From: Tetramitus jugosus
Taxonomy: Eukaryota; Protista; Heterolobosea
DNA length: 64,000 bases
NCBI GenBank assembly: GCA_937625935.1
Contig: OW569388.1
Location: 1-64,000 of the forward strand
Direction: 5' to 3'
Shown one piece after another: positions 19,469 through 31,235 of this stretch (position 1 is the first letter of the stretch; every line of letters begins with the position of its first letter). Under the pieces are notes generated by a model, which worked only from the letters and a program-made list of their open reading frames with translations, searched no databases and was not told where the DNA came from. The position numbers and the translations under genes are program-made.

Positions 19469-22400
19469 ATGAAAAAATTAACGCCAAAGAAAAACCAAAT
19501 TGGAGACGACTCGAAAATCATGGTCACTTCACATCGATCACCATCAACTCGAGAGAAGCGATCATCAACCACTACCACACCATCATTGCCACCCACGAAC
19601 AATAACATGTTGATCATCAAACCCAAAATCACATTTGTCAAAAAGACCCTACCAGAAACGACAACACCCACAACACCCATACCAACATCACCACCAATCA
19701 GTCATCATCATCATCATAGTTTTACACCTATTGATCGCAATCGTTTATCATTAATCAACCGAAATGCTCATGAGAGTAACAGTCATTATGACAGTGAAAA
19801 TGAAAATAATGAAAATGAAAATAATCATACAATAAATGAACAACAAAATGTGGATACACGAAAGAATATAGCAAGACGATCCGGTACACCAATCAGTCAA
19901 TTAACAAACAATAATCATCATCATCATCATTTGACTACTACTGATCGAACGAATAGTAGTAGTAGTAGTAACAATAACAAGAAAAAGAATCACAAAACAA
20001 ACACGAAAAAGAATGTTCGATCCACAACAACAACAACAACTACAAATAATCAAAAAACAATTTCATCCATGCTCATTATTACACAACAACAACCAACACT
20101 ATCCATCACAAAAAAGAAGAATACGGCGCATCTCGGATCCAGTCCACTTTCATCATCATCATCATCATCAATCGTTAACACTTCTCAAATAGAGTATGGT
20201 GGTGTCATTACAGATTCAGAAGAAGAAGAAGACGAATCAGATGATGATGGAGATGAACAAGAGTACGATGATGATGATGATGACAGTGAAGATGATGACG
20301 GTGAAAATTATGCAGATAATGATATTCATATTGGAACACGAGTAGGTAAGAAGAGACCAACATCATCACAATTGGAAAATAGTAGTAGTGTGGAGAGTGC
20401 ACAACGGAGGCATCAAAGTGTGAATTTAGCGAAACGAACCCTTGATTCCTCCTTGTCAAGCAGCAACAGCAACAACAATGCAAATGCAAAAATTGTGAGA
20501 AGTATCAATATGATTCGCAGACATGCAACAATTGAACACACGAAAGACAAGAACATTCATGGTAGTCGTAGTAATGAAGATGAGAGAAAGATGGAGAATG
20601 ATGTCAGTTCAGCTCGGAAAAGAACTCGACCTGCATCATCAACATCCAGTCCAGTTGCATTCTCGCCCAAGCCCATGATCCAATCCAGTATACCTACGAC
20701 GCCGAAACGCATCTCAATGGCATCACAACAACCAAACCAAACTCCTTCTTCAGTTGTGCAACAACAACAAGCTACGCCGAGCCACGTTGGTGCTAAAGCA
20801 ACAAGTGATATTGCCAGTACCGTACCAAAGATAACGAGAGCCACATCCATATCCTACTCTGCTCCCAATCAAGCAAAACTAATTGCTTCTTCCTCTCAAC
20901 GGATGCAGTCACCGATACGTTTCGAACGAGCGAATCGGACGCCTCCCCAAGAAAAAGCTTCAGATACGAGAGTTGTTGAACGACATGAACCTTCGATTCC
21001 AGCAAAGCGGGGATCAACCAGCAAGAATAACAAACGCGCGAGACAAACCAATACAAAATCTTCGAGTAAGAAGAGCACAAAAAAGAGAAGGAGGGGTAGT
21101 GATGAGGAGTCATCATCTTCTTCAGAAGAAGAAGACAGCGATTTGGATGTCGCTATCACACAGCCAAAGCAAACTAGACCGAATTTAAGAACTCAAACGC
21201 GAATGAGTCGAAGCGCATTGACAGAATTGGAACAAGAGATTGATGATGCCGCACAAGAAATGATTGACCAGATGCTCGATATGATCGCACGAAAAAGAAA
21301 AGCATCCACAAGTAGCAAATCCGATAATCATGCGCGATCTGCATCGATGACCAATAGCGAAGAACTAGGGCATCCAACTTCTCTAAATAATAATATATTT
21401 TTAGCTAAATGGCCCAATCGTGATATTTGTATATTATCTGCTGCTAGTATTGAAGACGCAAGGACTAGATTAGATCAAGACGTTGAAACGAGCGGAGCAG
21501 TACTTGTTCCATTTACTAAAGATTTATATCTTACATTCAAACAAAAGGAGTCTTTGTATGAAGATGCATCGAGCTCTAAATGCATCAAACCTGCAACGAA
21601 TAATGAGCCGTTGTCCGATTATTTGTATTATCTATTAGATTGTGTTGTTGAAGGTGATTCGTACAGTGACATGGAGCTTCATATCAAAGGAAAGAAGTTT
21701 AAAGTACACAAGGTTGTAGTATCGCAGTATTCATACTTTGCCGAGAAAAATTTGAGATCAACCAACAAATTATCGCTTGATACTCTTGGTTTTACTCCTG
21801 CGATCATTCGGATTATATTAATACAAATGTATACAATGGAGAGTGTATCGCTACCTGAAATCAACTCCGTACACAAGTTTCAAATGCTAAAATCTCTGTT
21901 ATCAGCAGCGGATACTTTTGGCTTGGAGAAATTCAAAGTATCTGTCGAAAAGGCGATTGCTGAACAGCTAGATCTCTGTAGTTTGGAACAAGATGTTCCC
22001 AATGTTGTCTATCATACAAATCCACTCAACAGGTCATCAGGAAAGATACCTCGATCGATGCGTATCCAATTTTTTGTTGATACTGCCAATTTTGCTGTTC
22101 GGCATGTTGCTCACAAACTGCTCCGTTATTTATTGAGCAACATGCATAGACATTGCAATCACAACGAGTTGGCCACTGCTCAACTCTCACCTGCACTCTT
22201 TGACAAGTTAAAACACTGGACCGATAGTGATAGCTATGTATGGGTTGACAATTTGATGAACCGTTCATTTACAAACGCATATGAAATCAAAAATACTCCT
22301 TTATCAATCTCGAGTTGTATGGGTATTGAACGCACCATATATCCTCTCTCGACTGCAGTTCGAACCAAGAAGGATGCTGTAGAGAGTGCAGCCAGGTTAG

Positions 22401-22543
22401 ATCGTTTGAAACGAATGATTCTACATGAAGATTTCGAAGCAACGACCTCGCACAACAAGGCAAGGGATCAACACATTGAGCAAAACTGTGAAGTGAATCA
22501 ATATGCTCCGCTCTTGCTTCACCTCGTTGACGAGCAACAATAA
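19469..22543 (+). CDS. BTB/POZ-domain protein with long low-complexity N-terminus
   Basis: 'YSDMELHIKGKKFKVHKVVVSQYSYF' BTB signature and 'LLSAADTFGLEKF'; poly-H/N/S/T/D tracts. Confidence 0.8.
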   Translation: MKKLTPKKNQIGDDSKIMVTSHRSPSTREKRSSTTTTPSLPPTNNNMLIIKPKITFVKKTLPETTTPTTPIPTSPPISHHHHHSFTPIDRNRLSLINRNAHESNSHYDSENENNENENNHTINEQQNVDTRKNIARRSGTPISQLTNNNHHHHHLTTTDRTNSSSSSNNNKKKNHKTNTKKNVRSTTTTTTTNNQKTISSMLIITQQQPTLSITKKKNTAHLGSSPLSSSSSSSIVNTSQIEYGGVITDSEEEEDESDDDGDEQEYDDDDDDSEDDDGENYADNDIHIGTRVGKKRPTSSQLENSSSVESAQRRHQSVNLAKRTLDSSLSSSNSNNNANAKIVRSINMIRRHATIEHTKDKNIHGSRSNEDERKMENDVSSARKRTRPASSTSSPVAFSPKPMIQSSIPTTPKRISMASQQPNQTPSSVVQQQQATPSHVGAKATSDIASTVPKITRATSISYSAPNQAKLIASSSQRMQSPIRFERANRTPPQEKASDTRVVERHEPSIPAKRGSTSKNNKRARQTNTKSSSKKSTKKRRRGSDEESSSSSEEEDSDLDVAITQPKQTRPNLRTQTRMSRSALTELEQEIDDAAQEMIDQMLDMIARKRKASTSSKSDNHARSASMTNSEELGHPTSLNNNIFLAKWPNRDICILSAASIEDARTRLDQDVETSGAVLVPFTKDLYLTFKQKESLYEDASSSKCIKPATNNEPLSDYLYYLLDCVVEGDSYSDMELHIKGKKFKVHKVVVSQYSYFAEKNLRSTNKLSLDTLGFTPAIIRIILIQMYTMESVSLPEINSVHKFQMLKSLLSAADTFGLEKFKVSVEKAIAEQLDLCSLEQDVPNVVYHTNPLNRSSGKIPRSMRIQFFVDTANFAVRHVAHKLLRYLLSNMHRHCNHNELATAQLSPALFDKLKHWTDSDSYVWVDNLMNRSFTNAYEIKNTPLSISSCMGIERTIYPLSTAVRTKKDAVESAARLDRLKRMILHEDFEATTSHNKARDQHIEQNCEVNQYAPLLLHLVDEQQ

Positions 22544-22979
22544 ATTTTGTCCTAGTTCAACGAACACAACACCAACCTCGAACTAAACAACAAACACTGC
22601 AGCATTTTATCTGTAATTTAACATCAGGCAGTTATACCCATAATCAGAATGATAGTTGTTTTGAGCCGAGGTGGAATTGTAACAATCAGAAAATTACACT
22701 ATGGTAATTCATACCTTGCTATAGAATTAATAGTCAACCTTCACAAGAGACCCAGAAAAGTGTTTTGGGAAAACGAGCATGCCAAAAAAAAGAAACGTTG
22801 TCTTAGATCAACATTTAAATGACGTCAGACAAGCAACGAGAGAGTCCGCCAATAAGAAGAGGCGTTGTTTGTATTAAGAATGAGCACAATCAAGCCAAGT
22901 ACAATACTGCTCTAATAAGCACTAAGAATCCTACAATCATTGATCGTTCCAATTCTCTTCACATTACCAAGATAATGTC

Positions 22980-24026
22980 ATGAATCATTGTCACCTGTTT
23001 CATCACTATGTCAAATATGTAGTCAGAGTTCATCTGGCATCTTCATTGAAACAAGTCATCAATGTAGGAACAATGTTCCCTATTTCACCTATTCATTTTG
23101 CTACTGCACATCATGTTACAGACTCTGCTGATTTATTCTATATGACTAATGCTGATAGTTGCCCAATCCAACGTTTGTTAGTCACTAGAGATGTTTACAA
23201 TCTACCAAACTTTGAAAGAAAAGATATACTTGACATTCAAGACAATACTATACAGCAACTAATTAAAGATGATGAGGATCCTGTAAGCAGAAGTACTGAT
23301 GATATCACCTTTGACAATGGCAAAGCACTTGAGGCTTCATTTGTCAAAACAAAATTGATTCAAGAATATGAGTCCGAGAAACAAGATGACATTTACTTTG
23401 TTCCTTCTCCAGATATGGTACATCCAGGAGACGTAGTAGCGTCAATCTGTCATATTGGATTAGGTGATACAACTAGTATGCAAAGAGTGATTGATAGTAC
23501 TTACAGAGCAAATCCTGTTGATGCTCCGAGTATTGTTGATGTAGTACAAAAGGCATGTCACGGAGGAGACAGTAAGCTTTTGGCTGTAGGTACTGTTGGA
23601 CAACCTCCTTTCCACTATAATCAAGATAGACAATGGGTGAAGAACACAAACAAACCAGAAGAAGAAGATACATCCAAGTACATTGTTCATGATATTTCTT
23701 TGTTTAATGGTTGTTCAGGAACCTTCATCATCAAACTGGGAGATAAGGCGAGAAGATTTGTTGGAATTCATTTCAGTGGTAGCTATTATCCACATGTTAA
23801 TGCTCTTCTTGATCCAAATGATCACACTGGTGACAGTATTACTTATAATGTTGCATTATCAGTTCATCATCCAGCTTTTGTTGTTGCTTATGCAAAGCAT
23901 ATTGTGCCATCTATTCCAAATAGTGATTTACCTCTGATTTCTGAATACTTGGAGAAGCATAAGCAATTGATTTCACGTTACGTGGCTTCCACATATCAAA
24001 GATTGACAACTGTGTTGAATTGGTAG
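22980..24026 (+). CDS. Trypsin-like serine peptidase-domain protein (divergent)
   Basis: 'FATAHHV' (His), 'NGCSGTFII' (GxSG nucleophile) and 'FVGIHFSG'. Confidence 0.6.
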   Translation: MNHCHLFHHYVKYVVRVHLASSLKQVINVGTMFPISPIHFATAHHVTDSADLFYMTNADSCPIQRLLVTRDVYNLPNFERKDILDIQDNTIQQLIKDDEDPVSRSTDDITFDNGKALEASFVKTKLIQEYESEKQDDIYFVPSPDMVHPGDVVASICHIGLGDTTSMQRVIDSTYRANPVDAPSIVDVVQKACHGGDSKLLAVGTVGQPPFHYNQDRQWVKNTNKPEEEDTSKYIVHDISLFNGCSGTFIIKLGDKARRFVGIHFSGSYYPHVNALLDPNDHTGDSITYNVALSVHHPAFVVAYAKHIVPSIPNSDLPLISEYLEKHKQLISRYVASTYQRLTTVLNW

Positions 24027-24174
24027 AATTTTGATTCCAAATTGCAACATCAGTGTGGCTTGCAGTCATAACAAACTTACATTGAACAATGAGATTCCAA
24101 AATTTGCGCACACACAACCGGAAAAAAAACACCATAAACAAACAGCAGAAACCAAAAAATTACTTGGCGCCAAA

Positions 24175-25539
24175 ATGACATCATTCGAATTGCTAAAGGA
24201 TCTTCCACTCATCCAACACAACCACTCTTCTTCCACAACAACAACAACAACAACAGTGGATCAACTCCTCTCCTCCAATAACAACAACAACATTGATCAT
24301 CTCTTGTTATACTTTTCTGCCAGTTGGTGTCCACCATGCCACAAATTCACTCCACAATTGGTTGAATTTTATGAGAGACATCACAAGGACAAAAAATTTG
24401 AAATCATCTTGTTGAGTGGTGATGTCGAACAAACTGCATTCGATGACTACTTTGCTAAAATGCCATTTTTTGCCATGCCATTCGATGATCCAAACAAGAC
24501 GAGAGCCAAATTGAGTGCCTTGTTCAATGTCGAAGGTATTCCAACATTGATTGTTCTCAAAAGAGATGCAAGGAATAATGAGTTACAGTTGGTGACTGAA
24601 CTGGGTGTAGATGAGTTGATGAATGATGAACAAGGTGAACATTTTCCATGGCAACCAAAAACATTTGTAGAGTGTCTAGGTTCAAGTCAATTTTTGATTG
24701 GTGCCAAGGAGGAAGCAATGAGTCATGTTCAGTTGAGTGACTATGATGCAGTTGGACTGTACTTTAGTGCTCATTGGTGTCCACCTTGTCGAATGACGAC
24801 TCCACTGTTGGCCAATGTGTATCAACAAGTCAACAAGGAAAAGAAGCGATTTGAAGTGATATTTGTGAGCAGTGATCACAGTCAAGAACAGTTTGAAGAG
24901 TATTTTGCAGAGATGCCGTGGGCTGCTTTGCCTCTCAAGGATGAAAGAGTTCATCTCTTGAATCAACACTTTAGAATCGATGGTATTCCAGCACTTGTGA
25001 TGTTTGATCCAAAGACCAATAAGATTATCAATGACAATGGTGTTGGAATGGCTAGATCTGATCCTGATGGATCTCAATTCCCTTGGGTACCACTCAATGT
25101 TGAAGTGTTGGAACCAGAAGTGACGAATAATCACTTTAATGATCACTCGTGCTTCATCTTGTTCAGTGACAAGGTTGGAGCCGAACAACAAGAGGACAAC
25201 AAGCAATTGATTCAAAGATTGGCTGACAAGTATGTGACTGAGTTTGAGAGTAGGGGATTGGCATACTCGAAGCGTCCCATCTACTTCTTGCACGCCATTG
25301 ACTCTCCTGTCATTCAACAGGTAAGAAAATTCTGCGGAGTCGAAGACGAGAAAGATGCATTTGTTGTCATTTTCTCAGGTGAGGCCAATTTTAAGATTGT
25401 CCACAGAGATCTTGCGTTTGACTCGTTGGATGAGTTAGTTAAGGACTACATTGCTGATCACTTGGAAGGAGAACCATTGTTCGACTTGGAAGAGGAAGGA
25501 GACGATGACGAAGAAGACTACGAAGATGATGAGGAATAA
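24175..25539 (+). CDS. Nucleoredoxin / tryparedoxin-like protein
   Basis: Two thioredoxin domains, 'YFSASWCPPC' and 'YFSAHWCPPC', each with 'GIP.L'; acidic tail. Likely start is MTSF at 24175. Confidence 0.92.
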   Translation: MTSFELLKDLPLIQHNHSSSTTTTTTTVDQLLSSNNNNNIDHLLLYFSASWCPPCHKFTPQLVEFYERHHKDKKFEIILLSGDVEQTAFDDYFAKMPFFAMPFDDPNKTRAKLSALFNVEGIPTLIVLKRDARNNELQLVTELGVDELMNDEQGEHFPWQPKTFVECLGSSQFLIGAKEEAMSHVQLSDYDAVGLYFSAHWCPPCRMTTPLLANVYQQVNKEKKRFEVIFVSSDHSQEQFEEYFAEMPWAALPLKDERVHLLNQHFRIDGIPALVMFDPKTNKIINDNGVGMARSDPDGSQFPWVPLNVEVLEPEVTNNHFNDHSCFILFSDKVGAEQQEDNKQLIQRLADKYVTEFESRGLAYSKRPIYFLHAIDSPVIQQVRKFCGVEDEKDAFVVIFSGEANFKIVHRDLAFDSLDELVKDYIADHLEGEPLFDLEEEGDDDEEDYEDDEE

Positions 25540-25653
25540 ACGATATTGACGGACGTTGCCAGTTCGAACAACTTGAATAAACAAGTACATCACAACGAAA
25601 TTTTAGTAATTTATTTTTCAATGGGATGCGCCAACAAAGAAGCAGACGAAGCA

Positions 25654-26706
25654 TTATAGATAGTCTTGGATAAGTTGTTCGCTGAGATCAATCAGTTGCT
25701 GCTGCAAAGAGTTGTCTTTGGCATAATCGTTGGTAGCTCTTGGCTTCAAATCATCCAAGTATAGTCCATTGTAAGCTAGTGCCTTTGGTGAAGAAGCAGC
25801 AAAGATGGAGTTCTGAGCTCCTGCCTGGGTCGACTTGAAGAACATGAATTGAGTCACCATGAGGAACGGCACAGCAAACATTTTCATCAAGAGTGGCAAT
25901 TCATAAACTTCACGATCCATTTCTGATTTGATTGTTCCAGGATGGACTGACAAGACAACTACATTCTTCGTTCCCTCTTCTTTCAAAATATTAGCCAAGT
26001 GCTGTGCGTGGTAAATGTTGCACAACTTGGTGAAACCATACTGTTTGAGAACACTGGCCGTCTGGACAGCACTCTTTTTCAATACGGGCAACTTTGTGTG
26101 TCTCTCAAGGTTGTCATTCGTCAAACCAGACACCATTCTGTGTGCTTCAGATGCCACAATCACCACTCTTCCAGGATCCTGCTCCGTATTACTCTGCTTC
26201 AACAGTGGTAACAATTTTTTGGTGAGCAGGTAATGACCCAAATGATTCGTTGCGAACATTGGTTCTAAACCCGTAGTAACTTCTTCACCTGCCATGGTTG
26301 CCATTCCAGCATTGTTGATCAACACGTTCAATGGCAAGTTCAACTTCTTGAAATCCTCTACAAACTGAATCACACTATCCAAGTGGCTCAGATCCAGTTT
26401 GAGAACCGTAATTTGACCACCGTTGACACTCTTGTTTGTGTCACGACAATCTTTTTCAATCTCTTGTTTGGCCTTGTTGCCCTTGTCGACTGATCGAACA
26501 GCCATAATGACATGAGCGCCACTCTTGACCAGTGCTCTTGCAGTGTACAGTCCAATTCCAGTATTGCTACCAGTAACGATCACAACCTTGTTCTTCATGC
26601 TCACACTCTCATCAGTGTAGACAGTGGTCAAGGTCACATAGAGTTTGCAAGCAATAGCAAACAGTGGAGGAACAGAGAGAATCCAGGGTAATAGGTTATG
26701 GGTCAT
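25654..26706 (-). CDS. Short-chain dehydrogenase/reductase, retinol dehydrogenase (RDH12/WWOX-like)
   Basis: TGSNTGIG, LINNAG, 'NHLGHYLLT', YGFTK and 'VHPGTI'. Likely start is MTHN at 26706. Confidence 0.92.
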   Translation of the reverse strand: MTHNLLPWILSVPPLFAIACKLYVTLTTVYTDESVSMKNKVVIVTGSNTGIGLYTARALVKSGAHVIMAVRSVDKGNKAKQEIEKDCRDTNKSVNGGQITVLKLDLSHLDSVIQFVEDFKKLNLPLNVLINNAGMATMAGEEVTTGLEPMFATNHLGHYLLTKKLLPLLKQSNTEQDPGRVVIVASEAHRMVSGLTNDNLERHTKLPVLKKSAVQTASVLKQYGFTKLCNIYHAQHLANILKEEGTKNVVVLSVHPGTIKSEMDREVYELPLLMKMFAVPFLMVTQFMFFKSTQAGAQNSIFAASSPKALAYNGLYLDDLKPRATNDYAKDNSLQQQLIDLSEQLIQDYL

Positions 26707-26852
26707 TTTTGTAGTAGTGTTTAATCTAAAGGGATATCTTGGCTGTTTTTTGCTTTTTTCAGAAGTTCTGATTGACGTTGGTTTCACCGCCATTGTAATT
26801 CATAAAGTAGAATTTGAGGGCTTTGTGAACTGAATAAATAAGCGAGTCTACT

Positions 26853-29800
26853 TTATGGTTTGTCTTCTTCGACTCTATTGAACAGCTTTTCTACAATGGC
26901 TACGCTTGGCACAAAGATAATGTTGGTGTCCTTGTAGCACTTGTTGACCAGGATGTGCATGTCTTTGAATCGTTTCACGAAATAGTGTTTCAGATGTGTC
27001 CATACGAGCGCGTGAACAGAAGCCATGAACTCCTCTCCAATCTTGTACAAACTGTTGACTTCGCACTTGGTACCAATGTGCTTGTCCATTCTCTTGTAAA
27101 TGTCAGAGATTTTGTTCTGGAAGTCAGAGAACTGGGCAGTGTTGTTTTGGTCCATATTCACATGTACTGCGACATTACAATACTTTTGAACCAAGTCCTT
27201 GAGTTTCTTTTTCGAATATTGAGTTTGATAAACGATATCTTCTACATCGACAGTTTGAAGCGTGTTCTCTAATTGCGAGAAATAAGTAAAGAGATCTTCA
27301 AACTTCCAATCGATCATCCATTTGATGTAATCGTCCATGTTCTTATTCAATCGATCCTGAGCCAAGGCTATCATCTGATCGTGCACCATATCGGGGTTGT
27401 TTTGCATGGAACTGATAAAGAACATATAGTTTTTGACCCTGAAGCCGTCTGCATGTTTCTTCTCTGTCTCCGCCAATTTCTCGATCTGTTCAAACATTTT
27501 GGTGGTAATCCTCTTGTTGGCATTCTTGGCAATAGTATTTCGAGATTGCTCATCATTGCTCGACTGCCTGTCCAGAATCAATTCAAGTCTCTTGACCCAG
27601 TAAGGGAACTTTGCCAAGAAAGGTACAACAGAGACCTTCTTAATAGTACACTTGTAGTCCTCAATACTTAATATTTGTCGCGTAACAAACTTTTCGAAAG
27701 CTTGTTTACAGATATCAAGCAATGGACCAAGAATCACTCCATTGAGGAATGTTGATTTTTCTCGATAATTACTCTGCAATTTCTCTAGTGTCAATACCAT
27801 TGACAATAAATAGAAGGAATCACAGTTGTTACGTATCCAATCAAAAAGAGTCAGCAGGAGACTTGGAACATCTCTGAACGTCTTATCCATCATATCATAC
27901 ACAAATTTGTGATGCAGCTCTACCTGTGCCAGGGGAGATGATGAATCGGGCACTGTTGTTGCCTTGCCTTTTAAGAAAAAGAACTTTTGACAAAAGTTTT
28001 GCTCATGATATACCACATCACACACCGTATTCACACAGTATGAAAATAGTGTGTCTACACGGTTGCTTATCTCTTGACATTCAAGCTTCAAATTGTCAGA
28101 CGGCGAACCTCCGTGTTTTGCTCGGTTAAAGTCTTGGAAGTTGATTTCAGGTTCATCACCATCAGTTGTCATCTCATCGAAATCAGTCATTGTGTTTGAA
28201 GTTGCTGTTGATGTCGCTGTTGTTGCTGCGTTAACAGATGAAATCTTCTCTGATTTCTTATTCTTTCCACCAGATAGTGCGAATGAGTGGTGATACTTGT
28301 TGTCCTTGAGTTTTTTCATGGATGCTTTCATATCTAAGGTGAAGTCTGAAAATTCTTTCCTGAACAAGGGCGCAACAGCAACACTATAAGCGTTTGTTAA
28401 CTGAGTCAATTGATCCGCACGACTCTGACACTTTCCCTTTTTGTCTTTTGAGAATACATTGATTTTGTTCAAATTCAAATGAATGCCCCTATCTTTCTTC
28501 TTTAACGCCTTTCTTACGGCGTTAATCTCCTTTGCGTACTGCTCGACGGTAGATTGATCACCTTCCAGAGATACCTGGGTACTATACGCACAACTCATCA
28601 AAGTTTCGTATTTGTCAAGCACGCGATACAACTTTTCACGATGTAATTCAAATATTTGCTTGTTGATATTGTCCTTATCTGTTACTTGTTTGGCATTCAC
28701 TTCGAACTTCGCATACTTTGGATTCTTTGCTCGATCTTTCAAAATTTCGTCAATTAGTTTGGTGAATCGAACAGCTAAAAACTCTCTAAACCGATTGACA
28801 AGAGCAAAACGCATTCTTTGAAATTCTCGCTTTCGTTTGATCACTGCTTCCATTTGATCCATTCCGTCAACAAATGGTCGATTCAAAGTCTCCTGCAGCT
28901 TAAGGACAGCCTTATTAATCTTCGATAAGCCATCTCCTTCGAAATCATCCTGTAAAATACATTGTTCATATGTCGAATCGAACTTTAGACTGTCAGTTAA
29001 ACTGTCCAACTCCTTGAGAAGAGAATTATGATTTCTCCACATAATCTCCAGAGCATTATTCTCCTTCTCAATCTGCTCAATATCCTTCTGCATAATCACC
29101 AACTTTCTACTGTATCGATCGACCCAAGTTCCCATCTCCTTCAACATTTTTTCGCACACAAATAAATTATCGTTCACTTCTTGCCATGAATCCTGTTGCA
29201 ACAGTATACCGTGAATATTCTGTTTTTCACAATCAACTAGCTTCTTATTGAGAATGGAGTGCGAGCTGTGAAACGATTCCAATGGCAGATTCAACTGATC
29301 CAACAACTTTCTCAATTGTTGATCCTCCGCAGGTGTCAACAATGCCTTTTGTGAAATATCGGACATGTCTGCCTCATTCACACCTTCATCATCCGAATCA
29401 TTCGCATTCAAAATGTACTGAGAGAGCTCATCGATATTAATTCCCTCAATCGTTGGCAAAACACCGAAATTCTCCTTCATCAACTGAACAATCTTACACA
29501 AAAACATATTCTTGTCTTGAACACTGTCTGTCAACACATGGAACGGCTTCTTTTCAAAAAACAGAATAAACTCCAATTCCTTCTTATCTTCCGGAGCTTT
29601 GATCATTGTCAATGTTTTCAACTTGTAGTCCTTTACAATACTGAACGATCCATTCTTCTTCTCAATCGTTAACATTCGAATCTTGTTCTTTTTTTTGGCA
29701 GTGGCCGCCGCCGAGGATGACGAACCTGGTTTCACATTGGCAGCCAACACATTCAAATTCTTCTTGAGTGGCATATGAAAATGCTGCAATTGACTATTCA

Positions 29801-30203
29801 AGTTCTGAATACCCTTGACCACATTCATATTCTTCTTGACAGATGTAACAGCACTTGTAACAGCAACCTTTGACTTGACAGCTGCACCACTCACACTCAT
29901 ACTGTCTGTTCTCTTGATTGTGAGAGCCAATATTCGTCTCCTGTGTTCACTTCCCTTCTTTAGCTTTGTAGCAGGTATGACTGCCAACAATTGTTCACCA
30001 CTTGTGACTGTGAAAACTTTTGAGATGAGTTCTCTAATGATCTCATCTCTGTTCTCTGTTGCTTCCATGGTGTCTCTGATTGTTGTCGTTGTTTGATTGA
30101 AAAATGGAGTTGATGTTGCCTGTCGGCGGAGATTCTGTTTTGGGCGGAAAAACTGGCCGAAGATTTGACTTCCGCTCGGTGTCGTATTTGTAAACATCTT
30201 CAA
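26853..30203 (-). CDS. SEC3: Exocyst complex component 1 (Sec3)
   Basis: N-terminal PH-like region, coiled coil 'IEQIEKENNALEIMWRNHNSLLKEL', 'EQNFCQKFF', C-terminal 'IYKRMDKH' and 'VWTHL'. The true start may be 30068. Confidence 0.8.
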   Translation of the reverse strand: MKMFTNTTPSGSQIFGQFFRPKQNLRRQATSTPFFNQTTTTIRDTMEATENRDEIIRELISKVFTVTSGEQLLAVIPATKLKKGSEHRRRILALTIKRTDSMSVSGAAVKSKVAVTSAVTSVKKNMNVVKGIQNLNSQLQHFHMPLKKNLNVLAANVKPGSSSSAAATAKKKNKIRMLTIEKKNGSFSIVKDYKLKTLTMIKAPEDKKELEFILFFEKKPFHVLTDSVQDKNMFLCKIVQLMKENFGVLPTIEGINIDELSQYILNANDSDDEGVNEADMSDISQKALLTPAEDQQLRKLLDQLNLPLESFHSSHSILNKKLVDCEKQNIHGILLQQDSWQEVNDNLFVCEKMLKEMGTWVDRYSRKLVIMQKDIEQIEKENNALEIMWRNHNSLLKELDSLTDSLKFDSTYEQCILQDDFEGDGLSKINKAVLKLQETLNRPFVDGMDQMEAVIKRKREFQRMRFALVNRFREFLAVRFTKLIDEILKDRAKNPKYAKFEVNAKQVTDKDNINKQIFELHREKLYRVLDKYETLMSCAYSTQVSLEGDQSTVEQYAKEINAVRKALKKKDRGIHLNLNKINVFSKDKKGKCQSRADQLTQLTNAYSVAVAPLFRKEFSDFTLDMKASMKKLKDNKYHHSFALSGGKNKKSEKISSVNAATTATSTATSNTMTDFDEMTTDGDEPEINFQDFNRAKHGGSPSDNLKLECQEISNRVDTLFSYCVNTVCDVVYHEQNFCQKFFFLKGKATTVPDSSSPLAQVELHHKFVYDMMDKTFRDVPSLLLTLFDWIRNNCDSFYLLSMVLTLEKLQSNYREKSTFLNGVILGPLLDICKQAFEKFVTRQILSIEDYKCTIKKVSVVPFLAKFPYWVKRLELILDRQSSNDEQSRNTIAKNANKRITTKMFEQIEKLAETEKKHADGFRVKNYMFFISSMQNNPDMVHDQMIALAQDRLNKNMDDYIKWMIDWKFEDLFTYFSQLENTLQTVDVEDIVYQTQYSKKKLKDLVQKYCNVAVHVNMDQNNTAQFSDFQNKISDIYKRMDKHIGTKCEVNSLYKIGEEFMASVHALVWTHLKHYFVKRFKDMHILVNKCYKDTNIIFVPSVAIVEKLFNRVEEDKP

Positions 30204-30409
30204 TAGAACCAGAACTGCACAAATACAACCTGCATAAATGAAAAATATTGACCATCAATTGTATTGTGGATCTAATTCGATCCAGATAAGCTAATTCCAT
30301 CCAGATTTGGAAAGATAAAAGGCAAAAGGTGTTTGCCTTTGATACCAACTCAAAACAATACAACCAGAACAAACCAAACTAATCAGATAAATCCTCTAAT
30401 ACCATTGAA

Positions 30410-30895
30410 ATGAAAGTCTTCAACATCATTGCGAGCTGTTTCTTCCTTTGCCTCATTTTGGGCACATTGAGTGTTCAAGGAACAGGTGTAGGTACTTGTC
30501 AACAGAAGGTTGCACTCTGCGCTGCTCAACCAAACACTCCATTGTGTTGCAGATGGACTCCTCCTCCAGTGAATGGAGTTCCAACTCCAACTCAAGAGCA
30601 GTGCTACAGCAGCACCCAATACAACTGTATCACTGACTTGTCAGTTGGTGATGCATGCTTGTGTCCAACTGGTCTTCGATGCTGCAACAAGGCATGCTAC
30701 GATACTGCCATCCATACTTGTGCAGTCAACAATCAACCATCCTCTGGAGCTCCAGCTCGTCAACTCTGCCCTGTTTCTGCTCCATTGTCCTGCAACGGTG
30801 CTTGCTACTCATCTCAACTCTTCCAATGTTGCCCAGGTGCTCCAGGTCAAGGTGGAAACTTGAGACCAGTTGGAACTCAATGCCCTGTGTTCTAA
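30410..30895 (+). CDS. Secreted Cys-rich protein with CBM52-like repeats, copy 1
   Basis: Signal peptide and three CY-x4-5-(Y/H/F)xC units, two of them preceded by LCP..C..AC. Confidence 0.8.
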   Translation: MKVFNIIASCFFLCLILGTLSVQGTGVGTCQQKVALCAAQPNTPLCCRWTPPPVNGVPTPTQEQCYSSTQYNCITDLSVGDACLCPTGLRCCNKACYDTAIHTCAVNNQPSSGAPARQLCPVSAPLSCNGACYSSQLFQCCPGAPGQGGNLRPVGTQCPVF

Positions 30896-31235
30896 TCTCT
30901 TGTGACAGGCATAGAATCTTCTCTTGTGAACAACATTGTAAATAATTGTCAAGGAAGAAATTTTATCTTAATAAATACAAACCCTGTATCGAAAGACGAA
31001 GATTTTACCGGAGAAAATATCAGCCAAAAAGATGTCCCCTCGGATCATATTTGTAAGTTCCAACTGTGATCAATGCACGAATACAACCAATGAAATGCTT
31101 CCTATCGTCTGCCATTGTCAAGAATCAAATTCAACCCGATCGGAAAAGATAAAAGGATGAACTATCTGTTGTGTTACTTCACTATCAAAACAAACTAACT
31201 TCAAATACAAACAACAATCCTCTAGTACTATTTAA